Part shown: piece after piece, positions 45,400 to 57,320 of the stretch
How the letters are laid out: each line of letters starts with the position of its first letter
Numbering within the stretch: the first letter of the stretch is position 1
DNA from: Microthyrium microscopicum
Taxonomy: Eukaryota
Direction of reading: 5' to 3'
DNA: 64,000 nt
Assembly (NCBI GenBank): GCA_010405405.1
Contig: MU004235.1
Span: 1,502,538-1,566,537 of the forward strand
Program-made: the position numbers and the translations under genes
Notes under the pieces: model-generated
Told to the model about the DNA's origin: nothing
Databases searched by the model: none
Seen by the model: only the letters and a program-made list of their open reading frames with translations

Positions 45400-48300
45400 A
45401 TGGCGACCCTCGAGGCCCTTAAGTCGGCCCTTCAACACAAAGCTCAGGCTACGGAGACAGTAAACGCGCAGGCATTATCTGAAGCACAATACAGCGCCGG
45501 CTTTGAAGTCTTCGTGCAGGACTCTGGATGGTTGACTTACAGAAACTTCATCATTCCTCAGCTCTCACAGTCGATGGCCTCTCTTCTTAGCTCTCGTAAG
45601 AAAATTTCGGTATTAGAGATTGGACCCGGTCCGAAGAGCGTGCTGGGATATCTTCCGGAGGATCTGAGGAAGAATGTAAGATGCCCGTGTCAGAAATTCT
45701 GGGCCCCATTCGAAACAGCAAAACCTGTGGTCCCCGGCAGTATATCCGACGGCATCCATTGTCATGTTCTAACAAATTCCAGGTCAAAAAATACACAGCT
45801 TTTGAGCCCAACGGTTTGTATGCTGTAACTCTAGAAGAATGGCTTGGCTATGCTTCCGGCCAAACGTCCCCACTACCGAACCTAGATCATCCGCCCAATA
45901 TCCAACAGGTTCCTTTCGAAAAGAACGATAATGATGAAAAGTATGACATCGTCTGATTCTGCCACAGCATGTACGGCATGAAGCCTAAACGCAAGTTCAT
46001 CGAACAGGCATTGGAAATGCTTACTGAGGAGCCACAACAAGGAATGGTGGTGATATTTCATCGTGAAGTCGACTTGCAACTTGAAGGCTTGGTATGTCAT
46101 CGAACAGCTTCATATCCTACCGGAGTCGTCAGTGTGCGAGATGAAGATAAAGTGATCGATGAATTCGCTCCGTTTGTGGCGGGATACATCCTACAGAATG
46201 GCGACTCTGGTAAGGCCGTCCGGAAGATATGGCGGGAGGAGTGCCGCGCCTTAGGTCGTCACGAAGATGCACCCCCGAACCATCTTCTTTTCAGTGACCC
46301 AAACATCATGGTGGCCTTTAATCCACATGCTACCAAGCTTTCGGAGCTGACGGCTACTGTGCCACTATATGACGGAAAAAAGTCGATCAAAAATCCAGAA
46401 GCTCGTCACTGCAAGCCCGCTGCGATCGTTAGACCGACAGAGGTGCAACATGTCCAGCAATGTGTCAAGTGGGCTATAAAGCACGATACTGGATTGACAA
46501 TTATTGGTGGTGGTCACAGCGGACACTGCCTCTGGCCTAATGTGGTGGCGGTTGACATGAGTGCTTTTAATCAACTTCACATATTGGATTTGGCGAAAGA
46601 CGAGGTGGCGATCTTGCCCGATGCCAAATATTTGGTGGTCGCCGGAGCTGGCTGCACAACAGGCGACATCATCCGCAATACTATGCAATTTGGCGTGACA
46701 GTTCCGCTAGGCGCTCGTCCAAGTGTTGGAGCAGGATTGTGGCTTCAAGGCGGCATTGGGCACTTATATCAGTCTCATGGTCTTGCGTGCGATGCTATTG
46801 TGGGCGCCGTTATGGTGAGCGTTGATTCTGGCCAAGTCCTCCACATCGGCTATGTACCTCGTGAGCACCGACCGCCTGGCTCCGTTCGCCCCGAGAATGA
46901 ACGTGATCTATTATGGGCCATCAAAGGTGCTGGGACCAATTTTGGCATCGTGGTCACTGTAATCTTCAAAACAGATGCGGCTGCGACCTACGCGATTCGA
47001 AATTGGGCTCGTCCGTTGGAGGAGTACGTCGGAGACGACATCGACCACTTCAGTCAGTCCGCAACCTGGGTTCCTCAACAATGCTCCATGGACGGGTATC
47101 TCTACATGGATGCTGGCAAATTGCATCTTGGCATTAGCCTGATCGAATATTCCACGACCAACCTGGACTTCGAAGAAAGTGAGAGGTACGCCGGGAACAT
47201 GAGCATCAGTTGGAAGTCAAAACCTAATCTCAAGATTGCTGATGGCTTGAAGATGTTTGAAAGTGAGATGCATATGACATCGTTGCACGGCGGGCACGCA
47301 AGCGGCAAGACTTCCTCCTTCAAGCGATGTCTATTTCTAGATAACATCGGTCACCACAGTCAGCACGACACCTCTCGCCTTTTAGCAGAAGCGATGCGGA
47401 GCAGTCCCACACAGCTTTGCTACATTCATCTGCTGAAAGGTGGTGTTCGACCGCGAAATATGGGTGACATTAAGAATACCACTACTGCTTTCGGCAATCG
47501 TATCCTCTGGGATTTCGCCTGTATCATAACGGGTGTTTGGCCTCGTGAGCAAGACGGCACCGAAATTGCACAACGAACTGTGCGGTGGGTGTATAAAGTC
47601 GCTCAAACCTTGCTACCGGCAAGTCGAGGAGTTTATAGTGCCGATCTTGGCCCAGATCCTAGAGATGTGGAGTTGGCGGTAAAGGCTTTTGGTCCAAACC
47701 GGCCTCGCCTGATCGATCTCAAAGATGCCTTAGACCCGCACAATGTCTTGGCCTATGCATGTCCATTTCCAAAGACTTCGATGAGACAGAGACTCATAGT
47801 CCTTGTCACAGGAGAAAGTGGCGTTGGCAAGGACTACTGTGCGAACGCCTGGGCCTCTGATCTCATCAAGAGTGGGTTCACGGCGCGCGTGGCTAGCATC
47901 AGCGATGCTATAAAGCGGCAATATGCAAAGACCACAGGCTCCGATCTGAGTCGCTTGCTTTCGGATCGTGGCTACAAAGAGCAGCACCGATTAGCGCTTA
48001 CAGAATTCTTTCAGAAACAAGTTCTAAAACGACCAGAGCTGCCGGCCGAGAACTTCCTAGACGTAGTGTCCAAATATGGGGAAGTAGATGTCCTCTTCAT
48101 AACCGGAATGAGAGACGACGCACCGGTCGCAACCTTCTCACATCTAATACCTGAAAGCAAGGTTGTTGACTATCGCATCAAATGTAATAGAGCAACGCGG
48201 CGGAGTCGTGGGGTCCACGTTGAGAGTGATGGGCGCGACAAAGATATTGACAAAACCGAGTCAGGCTTAATGCTCCCAAAATACCTCCCCACTCTCATCT

Positions 48301-48980
48301 ACATCAACGATGAGACAAGAAACATGGGCATATATCCGCCGGCCAAAGCTTTTCTATACATGTTCCTCCACGAGAAGCTGCAGCGACTAGGCCGTATGGT
48401 GAATTCAATGTCCGATTTTCCACGACCAGGCGTTGAGTTTCGTCATGTGCTTGGTATCGCAGAGGCGCCGGGTGGCTTGAATCTGTGCGCGTCTTTACTC
48501 GAAGACCTATTCGGAAGTACAGGGGACTGGACAAAGGTGGACGCAATTGTGAGCTGTGAGGCCGGCGGCTTTGTCTTTGCTTCGACATTAGCTTCGCGGC
48601 TTTCAGACCGTGCAGGGGATGACAAGACCGTGGTGCTAATCCGTGAAGCGGGCAAAATCCCGCCGCCCGCGATTTCTGTTGCTAAGCCGGCATCCAATAT
48701 CTCGTCTAGGGGAATCGACAGTTCCAATGAGAAACGGATTGAAATAGGACGAGACGTGATCCCAAGGGGCGCGTCAGTGGTGGTCGTGGACGACGTACTT
48801 GCCACTGGGAGAACGCTGTGTGCAGTTCTGGAGCTACTAGGCAAAGTTGGCATCGACGCGGAGAAGATCAGTGTCATGGTTGTGGCGGAGTTTCCAGTTC
48901 ATCGTGGTCGGGAACTGTTGCGCCAACGTGGGTTTGGTAAAGTCAATGTCCAGAGCCTCCTGGTCTTTGGCGGTGAGTAG
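45400..48980 (+). CDS. Multidomain fusion: SAM methyltransferase-like + BBE-type FAD oxidoreductase + phosphomevalonate-kinase-like P-loop domain + APRT-like phosphoribosyltransferase; in-frame TGA at 45954-45956
   Basis: Methyltransferase VLEIGPGP..YTAFEPN..YDIV*FCHSMY (intron 45676-45782). FAD domain PAAIVRP..IIGGGHS..VGAGLWLQGGIG..DLLWAIKGAGTNFGIV..LDPHNVL. Kinase GESGVGKD..ISDAIKRQYA..LLSDRGYKEQHR. PRTase DFPRPGVEFR..EAGGFVFA..VVVVDDVLATGRTL. Confidence 0.85.
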
Positions 48981-49740
48981 GAACGTTTCAAGCAGGCCGC
49001 ATACTCTTGATAATCATTAATCGCTATGACAACTAAGTAAGTAGCCGGAGTCTGAATTGATCCTACCATTTTGAACGTCCTTGTGCCTACTTGCCCCAAA
49101 ATATAAATAGATTGAGCAACCTGCTGCAATCGTGAACACGTTGACTTTTTAGAATTTTTGTCTCAACTTCTTGCTCTAATTCCGGCTAATACTAAGGAGC
49201 TTGTCCGTAGCAGAGTAAGCTGAATTGCAACATTGAAGCTTAATCAAGATGAAGTTTGTTCCAGCGCTCAACTACTCATATTCCATGTGGCGCCGCTTTG
49301 TAAGTCGATCTTAGCTTGTGCAAAAGCTCAAGGAGAGTAAGTTTTGCTCCTTGTTCTGACGTGAATCGCGACTAAAGAAAACATGAAGTCGGTAATTTGA
49401 TCACCCCGAACCGAGCGTCCTTCGGCATGCCGACCGGAAAGGGGCTCACGCCTATGCTACCCGAGACTACAACTGCATGTCCAAACATAAACTCAACAAC
49501 AAGCCAGATGTCCTGTCGCAAACCATAATTCATATTGAATAGCTGTTGGTGAAGAGACGAGAAGTATATCAATGTCCCAAGAGAAATAACTGTGGAGAAC
49601 TGTAAGAGCTTGGGAAGAACTGCGCATAGCGGCCTCAAGGATCAGACCACGCCTTCGCTGCGGACGCCAGGACTCATACATATTCTTACAACTGGAGGAG
49701 TTTTGAGTACGCATTACAAACTTTCGGCTGCCAATCCAAG

Positions 49741-51303
49741 ATGAGAGAACGAGTCACCTACATTCTGCGGAATCCAACAGGCGTTTTCGACCCAAAACAA
49801 CTGGAAGTAAAAAAAGACAGCTTCGCCGTGGACGGTCTCGATGCCATCAAAGAACACCAAATCACCCTCGGATTCCAAGAAATAACAGCCGAGATATGGC
49901 GCGTACTACGCAATTGCCATGAACTTCATGTCCGCTGGTCAACCGCTCAGGCCTACGAGACGGTATCCCCATACGTCTCACGCGTAACGCCAGGCCTACA
50001 CGTATCATACACACCGCTAGAAGGCAAATCCGCAAAACGACTCTGTACATTAATCCGCCAAACCTTCGGTCAACGCATAAAATGCAACGACGTCACAACA
50101 GCGTTCACCACACCACCCATTCTCTCTGAACGATTTGCCGCAGTCGCAGCCCGCCAACTGTATTACTATGTCCCATCGCTCCAAGACTTTAGCATATATC
50201 TCCAACAAACCATATGTGGAGTCGATCGTATCTCATGCCGGATCCGCGCACATGATTTGGAAAGAGCAGACACTTTAGACATAGACTATGATGCCGTCTC
50301 GCAATCCCTGATCATCAAAGCGCTCTGGACAACCGCCACCAGCCAAGACGACAAATGGTACGAAACACACCTAAAAGGTTCTGACGAGCACGATACCCTC
50401 GAAATAGGCGTCCTGGTAAACGAAGTGCCCGACGAAGAAGAAACAATCCGCTTCTCCGGCGTCCTCACCAGAATCGGTCAAGATGATAAACCAGGTACGT
50501 GCCATTCCCCATTCCCCTTCTGCCCCATCCCCGAATCTCCAACCTTCACCCAACTGACATCCCTAGCACCAACCCTCTTCTCCACCCCCTCCCGCCACCA
50601 CCCCTCCAAGCAATCCTACACAGCAAGCTTCCGTACGCCCACCGGCTTGCACCCAACCCTGCAACTCTCCTTCCCACCCTTGACACCACCCTCCGAAACA
50701 TGCGCACTGCACGCCTACGTCACCCTCCCCAGCACCCTCTTCCTAGATCGCTACGCCTTCACCGATCCTCTCTTCCTATCCAGCCACCATTTAGCCGCAA
50801 TGCACGCGCTCTCCGGTGCAACGGATTTGGAGGCCCCGGAATGGACTGTTGAGACATGGGGATCTGCCGCCCTCTTCGAATTGGCGCCTCCAGATAATGG
50901 AAGCGGGTTCAACGCCACAATCCCCCTCCATCTGCGCTACTTACCACCGTTAAACGCATCAACCCTCCTCCATCCAGTTGCATGGCCGTCCGTTTTCTGG
51001 GCCTGCACAGCGGAAATGGGAAGCAAGTACAGTTCGAGCCCATTCGATCGGCGAGATTTGGGATATGATGGATTATTCGGTAGTAACACGCGTTTTGAGC
51101 ACTTGACTCCTGCAGCGCATGCCGTGAGTACATTGAATATTCCCGTGCTGGATGTCCGGAGGACGAGTAAAGTGGAGAGCGGGACGAGTGCGGTGATCCT
51201 CATTGGGACGCTTTGGGTTTGTTGGGTGCTTATGAGGGGTGTGTGGAGAGGTGGTGTTGGAGGGAGTGGTGGTATCCAAGGGCAGAAGAAGAAGGGTCAG
51301 TAA
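49741..51303 (+). CDS. PBN1: PBN1/PIG-X, GPI mannosyltransferase I stabilising subunit
   Basis: MRERVTY start, ELHVRW..PYVSRVTPGLHVSYTP, PTGLHPTL, CALHAYVTLPSTLFLDRY, TDLEAPEW, IPLHLRY, C-terminal TM helix and KKKGQ. Probable in-frame intron at 50495-50566. Confidence 0.9.
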   Translation: MRERVTYILRNPTGVFDPKQLEVKKDSFAVDGLDAIKEHQITLGFQEITAEIWRVLRNCHELHVRWSTAQAYETVSPYVSRVTPGLHVSYTPLEGKSAKRLCTLIRQTFGQRIKCNDVTTAFTTPPILSERFAAVAARQLYYYVPSLQDFSIYLQQTICGVDRISCRIRAHDLERADTLDIDYDAVSQSLIIKALWTTATSQDDKWYETHLKGSDEHDTLEIGVLVNEVPDEEETIRFSGVLTRIGQDDKPGTCHSPFPFCPIPESPTFTQLTSLAPTLFSTPSRHHPSKQSYTASFRTPTGLHPTLQLSFPPLTPPSETCALHAYVTLPSTLFLDRYAFTDPLFLSSHHLAAMHALSGATDLEAPEWTVETWGSAALFELAPPDNGSGFNATIPLHLRYLPPLNASTLLHPVAWPSVFWACTAEMGSKYSSSPFDRRDLGYDGLFGSNTRFEHLTPAAHAVSTLNIPVLDVRRTSKVESGTSAVILIGTLWVCWVLMRGVWRGGVGGSGGIQGQKKKGQ

Positions 51304-51521
51304 AGGAGGAGCAGTGTCACAGATGGAGAAATAATGTGGGGTGGAAGAGAGAAGTTCAATATCGTAAATATTTGGGTATATAATGAAGCACTATGGGAGG
51401 CAGAGGTTGGCTCTGCATTAGAAGTATTGGATGGGTTAGACTTGTACACTACGCGTCTTGTGCCCGTAATATGTCTTAATATCAAACCGCTGAAACGCAC
51501 GCTGCAGATATGTCAGTTCAT

Positions 51522-53386
51522 TCAACGAAAATCAACGGCCGGCGTGAAGCGCGGGCCGGAATATCCGTACGCGGCAACGAACTGAATATCAATGTTACCG
51601 CTTTCGCGATTTGGATTAAACAACTTCAGCAATATATGTCTTCCAGCGCTATTATAGAGTTAGTATTTGATCACAGCAGATAACATGGTGAAACTTACAC
51701 TGGAGGACTGAATTTGATGGTGATTTTATTTTGCGATCTGCGGATGTAGAATTTGGCATTTGGCTTCATAATGTCACTTTCTTTAGCACCCTGAGGAAGG
51801 ATTCTCTCAAGACGCCCAGAAGCAGGTTTTATGACCGACACTTCGTAAACCTCGTCAACATCATAACTTAACCGATCACGGCGGAAAGTCATAGTAGTAT
51901 CAAACTCTCCAGAACGTAGCGGAGGAGCAGGCCGAGCTGGACCAGAGGCAGTGACGCTATGATTCTCATAGCGGTAGACCGTGGCCTGCCGAGCTTCGCG
52001 TGAGTCTGGATCGTTGAACTCCACTTCGGATGGAAATTCCTCCTCAACTGCATGAGGCGGAGTTGGTGCGGTGGTAAGTTCTGGTGCATGCGAGGGCTCC
52101 CAATCTGGGGGCGGTGGATAGTCGCATTCAAACATTTCTCTAAATCCAGCCCATGTTGCAGGTGGAACACCGTCTGATCCTGAGCCTTGTGGCGGAGGTG
52201 ATCGTATGTCTTCCAAAAGCGCTAATGAAGGCATTGCTCTCGTGTCTGAAGTCATATACATGACTTCATCGTCATATACGTCCGATGGCTCTCGAATCGG
52301 ACGATGAATTGCGTGTGGACGTGGATAGATCATTCGATATGCTTTGGAACTCTTCAACATTTCGTCTGCGTCCATGCCGACAAACACAAGCCCATGTTGT
52401 ACTGGTGATGTAAAGCCCCTCTCAGGACCTTTGATGACAACGGTGTCTACAAAGAAGCTCGTTCCGGCTTGATGTCGTAGGAGTAAGTTACATTTGGATG
52501 ATTTTGTACAGTAGACATCGTTGTCGTCGCGAAGTATATTGTCTGGAGGATGTTCGGATGGATTCCGCTCAAATTCACCCCCGTCACAGCTGACCAGCTC
52601 GAGGCGTAGTTGGCCTGGATCAACTTGTCCATTCCATCCATATTTTACAGGCTTGCATCCATCGATTGAATCGCTATGAGTCAATTTTCTTCGTTTGGCC
52701 TCTCGAGCTGGGGGAGGAATGGATGAGCCATATGATGCTGCATCGGAGTCGGTGTCTGTGACTGTTTCCTGATGCGAGTAGGCTAGGAAATCGGCTGGTC
52801 GATGCATTCGCCGACTGTTTTGAGCGCTTCGTCGAATCATATTCGAGCTTGCACGTGAAGATCCAGAATCGCGCTCTGCATGTGCTGGCCGAAGGGAAGA
52901 GAAGGATAAGCGCCGACGACGGCGAGGAGGATTAGATGGTGTAGCGAGTGTGCGTAAGTTCTCGTCAAGATTGGAGTGACTTTCAGCCCAAGAGCGAAAT
53001 CTTCTTCGATGTTCAGATCGTAGTTGGTCGTTTTGCGATCGAGTTAGAGTAGGATCGAATGATTCGTCTGAGTTGGTGGCCGATGTGGCGTTCATTTGCT
53101 GTCGACGTTGTCTACTTGGATCCATGGCTCCAGGATAAAGAGAGGCTCTAGACAGACGTTGATGTATGGTCTCAACACTACGAAGTCGTTGACGGGTATT
53201 TGCTTCAATGTCTCTTATTGCATTTGTATAGTCCCGATCGTGGCGCAGACGGCGAGACAGGTCAGTCAGATGAGACTCGAAGATGGCAGGTGAAGGGACT
53301 CTAGGAAGAGTTGGACGACCGGATTGCTGAACTGGTGAAGGAGCAGAAGGAGCAGGAGGAGTAGAAGTCTGGTCAGGCGGAGGCAT
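51522..53386 (-). CDS. Conserved fungal hypothetical protein with a split galactose-binding-like (jelly-roll) domain; 2 exons
   Basis: YGWNGQVDPGQLRLELVSCDGGEF..NILRDDNDVYCTKSSKCNLLLRH..GFTSPVQHGLVFV, then after a long insert AKFYI..ITIKFSPPV|AGRHILLKLF..NIDIQFVAAYGYSGPRF. Intron 51649-51698. Start uncertain (53386 or 53542). Confidence 0.75.
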
Positions 53387-53829
53387 TGGTGACGGTCGGA
53401 ACGCAGTGCAGTGGTTTGGATGGAGGAGGGGGGAATTGAGGCGTAATGGAGCAGCTAGCGATCTAGGCGTGGCCGGTTGCAGGACTTGTGTGGTACAGGG
53501 GAATATGTATGGTCTCGACAACGGGCTAAGCAGCGCAACCAAGGAAGACAGATGTCTTTAATCGAGTTTGATATGAACAGATGAATTAGAGGTAAAGAGA
53601 AGGCCAAGTGGTTACAGAGTGAAAGATGCAGTTGGTGAGCATCTGGGCTGGCGGGATTGACTGGGATGATGGTTTGGCTGCAAATCTGGGGCGCAGGAAG
53701 GAGCGACTGCCAACTGCCAACTGCCAACTGGATTGCGCCCTTTGTTCCTGCCGTTTCTTCACCTGCACCTGCCTTATTAGCCTTGTTTTCACGGCATCAA
53801 CTCCTTCTATTTTAAGCACTTGAGCCACA

Positions 53830-54538
53830 CATTAGCGGGCATTACAGGGGGTGAATAACAGTTCTGGAGCTGTTATGGAACGGTTATAATGCGGAAGCGC
53901 TTTCTGCGTAACAACAGTTCTAAAACCATAATTTCACTTTAACCGTTCTTGCAAATAAGCGTTTCGGACAGGTAAACGTTTCCAAGCCTGACTTAGTAAG
54001 CAAGCTTGGAAGGCTACAAAAAAAAACCCTTGCTATTTCTAGCTAGTTCCTCCGCTTTTGGTAAAGGACTCTGTTTGTTTTTTGAGGAACTTTTTTTGCT
54101 ACGGCTGTGAGAATTGACCTAAGAGGATCACATGATTACGAGGATTAACTAACTTATGAGGAGAAATTTACGGACTTAGAAGAGCTAGGCTTGATTACAA
54201 AGAAAGATTGATTCTCCACTAAGGATTAGCTTATGCATGACATCTAGAAAAACTAATCATAATTGGCCTAAATAAGCATATATAGTAGAATCCCTACTTC
54301 CTGAAAATGAGTCAGAAATATTTTCCCATCACGTGAATATCGCTTCTAACCTCGAAACGTTTATTCTTTCGAAACGCTTATTCTACGAAGCGTTCTGATA
54401 ACGCTTATTGGCTAAAAACATTTACATAAAAGAACGCTTATTATGCAAAGCGTTTTCTAGCAATAAACGCTCTGGAAACGCTTGTATTCTTGCAACCATT
54501 ATAGAACGGTTATCGGCCCCCATAGATCTCCGCTAATG
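53830..54538. mobile_element. MITE-like non-autonomous DNA element with imperfect terminal inverted repeats
   Basis: Left end cattagcgg-gcattacagggggtgaataacagttct. Right end reverse complement cattagcgg-agatctatgggggccgataaccgttct. Inverted subterminal AAGCGTT/AACGCTT repeats, AT- and TpA-rich interior, no ORF. Confidence 0.7.
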
Positions 54539-55053
54539 CATGCATCAGTCTTATGTATGCCCCATCGGAAATACCTTTCTCCGTCCATCTATCTGGTAAA
54601 GATGAATTGGCACGTTTCTGTAAAGTATACATAACGTCTTATTTGCTGCGTCAAACTACCAGGTGCTTTACGTCCATCAGATACGTAAATCTCTCCACTT
54701 CATATCGAATACGCTGAGAATCAAAGCATATTTTACTTTAAAAGGTGCGATGGGAGACATCTTCGGTGATGGGAGCGCGCGCTAATTGTCCATCGCCTAT
54801 TTTCAGCCTCAAAGTAGGTTCAACCAATCAATGGTCTTCATCAAAATTCAACTTTTGAAACAAACCAGCTGCCTTGTTGCCTGTTTCCATCATCTCAACT
54901 TCCAACTGACAACTTGAGCTTGCAATTCACAACCAGCACTTTAACATAAAACTTGCAATCCACCGAGCGTGTATCCAACAGCAAAACCATCATCTGGCCT
55001 TTGGTACTCTCCAAATACGCATTTTCAAGCGTCCAGAAGAGACGATATCCAAT

Positions 55054-56268
55054 ATGACAGACATTCAAGCTCCGCCAGCTCAGGCGCATTCAGCAGCCAA
55101 CGACTCTATGTCCGCCGATGAAATCGCTTTGTATGATCGTCAAATCCGTCTGTGGGGAGTCCAGGCCCAAGAGTATATTCGCAAGGCCAATGTTCTCCTG
55201 ATATCAATGAAGGCTCTAGCCAATGAAGTAGCCAAGAATCTAGTTCTAGCCGGCATCAACACCCTCACTATCATCGATCACGAACTAGTCACTGAAGAGG
55301 ACCTCGGGGCCGAATTCTTCGTCTCGATGGAAGATGTTGGAAAAAACGTAAGCCAATTGACCATCTATATCGACTATCACTGACAGCCATTTCAGCGAGC
55401 AATGGCAGCGGCTCCACGCATCTCAGAATTGAATCCACGTGTAAAGGTGTTTGCAGACAACGACTCCATCGCCGACAAACACGAATCCTACGTCAAGGAC
55501 TTCGATGTCATCATAGCCACGGATCTAAACTTCAAAACCATGACTGTCCTCAACGCTGCCTGTCGTCTAGCCAACAAACCCTTCTACGCTGCCGGCTCCC
55601 ACGGGTTCTATGGCTTCATCTTCGCGGACCTGATTTCCCACGATTTTATCCACGAAGAAACAGACTCACATAGCACCCGCATCGCCAATACCAAGGAGTC
55701 CGCAACCCGTACCGTCATCAACGTGGAAGTCACCAAAGAAGGCAAAAGCACCCGCCAAATCGTAACACGCCGCGAAATGTACTCGCCCATGATATTGGCC
55801 AACACTTCACCCCTCCCACCAACATTCCGGCGCAATCGGCTCGCAAAAGTTACACCTCTCCTCTCCTGTCTGCGCGCCCTCTGGGATTTCGAAGAACATT
55901 CTGAAGCCCACCACGTCCCCCAACCCAACAGCGCATCCGATATCGCTAAATTTACCTCCCTCGCGACTGAAAAGCATACTTTGCTGAACCTTCCCCGCGA
56001 GACGCTCAAGGCTGAGTTCCTTCGGAAGTTCTTGCAGAATGTGGGCTCCCAGATCGCACCAGTCACTGCCATGTTGGGTGGTTTACTAGGCCAGGACGTG
56101 ATTAACGTCATTGGAAAGCGCGAACAGCCGATCCAGAACTTCTGTCTGTTCAACGGAGACGATTACGATGTGCCTGTGTTTGCACTTCATCCAGTGAACT
56201 TTGAGAAAGAGGGTGAGAAGAGCACGAAATTAGAGACGGCGGTGGAGGGGATGGTTGTTGTTGATTAA
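55054..56268 (+). CDS. AOS1: SUMO-activating enzyme E1 subunit 1 (Aos1/Rad31); 2 exons
   Basis: SADEIALYDRQIRLWGVQAQ, LANEVAKNLVLAGI, AAAPRISELNPRV, APVTAMLGGLLGQDVINV..EQPIQNF. Intron 55348-55395. Confidence 0.94.
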
Positions 56269-56585
56269 GCTGGGTCATTGGATGTGGGATGGATTAGTGT
56301 AGACTCATGGGCCTGAATATGATAATGTATGATAATTAGTACTGAAGAGGAATGTATATTCTCTTAAAAACTTGCAATTGAGCAAGATTTCCTTGTGTGA
56401 AACCGCATTCCTTGATGCCATCGGATAATCCCAAAACCCTCCATCTCCCATGACACTCGATGGCTACCATAAGATGCGTTTCAAATCAAATGCTATGGAC
56501 ACCATCGTCTGCGATGGCGATTTTAAGTATCTATTGAGCCAATAACAGTGAGTCTTTCCTGGGCGTGTTGACTTTGTTCGTGTTC

Positions 56586-57320
56586 TTATGCTGACCTACT
56601 CGAGGATAACTGACGACCAGACCGCCTGTATTCAGCTTGCTCGCCCAAGTATCTGTTGTTCTCCTCCAGCAGCTCGATGATCTTGGCCTGCTGAGCAGCC
56701 TGTTTACCCACAGGGTCCACCCGATAACGCTGGGCGCCAATGTCCATGGCAGAGTTGCTCATAGAGCTTAACAGGTATGTTGGCGACGGTTCGTCTTGTC
56801 CAGAATGGATGTAGAAGAACTGTGTATCCTGATGGCCAAAGCTGGATTGGCATTATGTCAGCGTTTTTTAACAAGGTAAAGATAGATTAGAGGAGCTTAC
56901 GCGCTGATGAGGGCGTTCACTTGTGCGGCTAAGCTTTTGACTCGTGCGGCGGTCTCGTCGCTTGGCTGCTCGTGGTATGCGTTGATGGCTGAGGCAAGGC
57001 CTGGCCGATAGGTGAGACTGATTTCATGTGGTATCTTGGAGGTTTGGTCAGTTTTATAGTATAGGGGTTGTGGTGATGCATACTTCGAAGCAGTTCAAGG
57101 CATTGGCCCGGCAGAAAGAGCATCGCACGGGCTGGAGGCCTGGATGGGCGGAGTGTAACACGATACCTGGTCCTAATGCTTCGATCCCCTCCTTGTTGAA
57201 TTGGCAATCATTCTGGAGATTGCCGAAATTTGTGATATAGTGTGGTAAGCAGCGGACACATGGGTTGAGTGTACCTTTGGTCTGGGTGTGAGGTAAATCT
57301 GAGCGATTGCTTAGATTCAT
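56586..57320 (-). CDS. Small six-cysteine (expanded Zn2Cys6-like) protein, copy 1; 3 exons
   Basis: Introns 57035-57083 and 56842-56900. Product MNLSNRSDLPHTQTKGTLNPCVRC..C..RCSFCRANALNCFE|IPHEISLTYRPGLASAINAYHEQPSD..|FGHQDTQFFYIHSGQDEPSPTYL..QQAKIIELLEENNRYL..RSA*. Supported by the paralog at 61005-61749. Confidence 0.8.

Noticed and set aside
45941..45967. 27-nt GT..AG segment that would remove the TGA in the fusion gene
   Set aside because: Much shorter than any other intron here (45 nt or more), and it would delete the YDIVxFCHS methyltransferase motif.
53707..53730. (CAACTGC)x3 heptamer repeat
   Set aside because: Short simple repeat in a promoter/UTR; too small to support a function.
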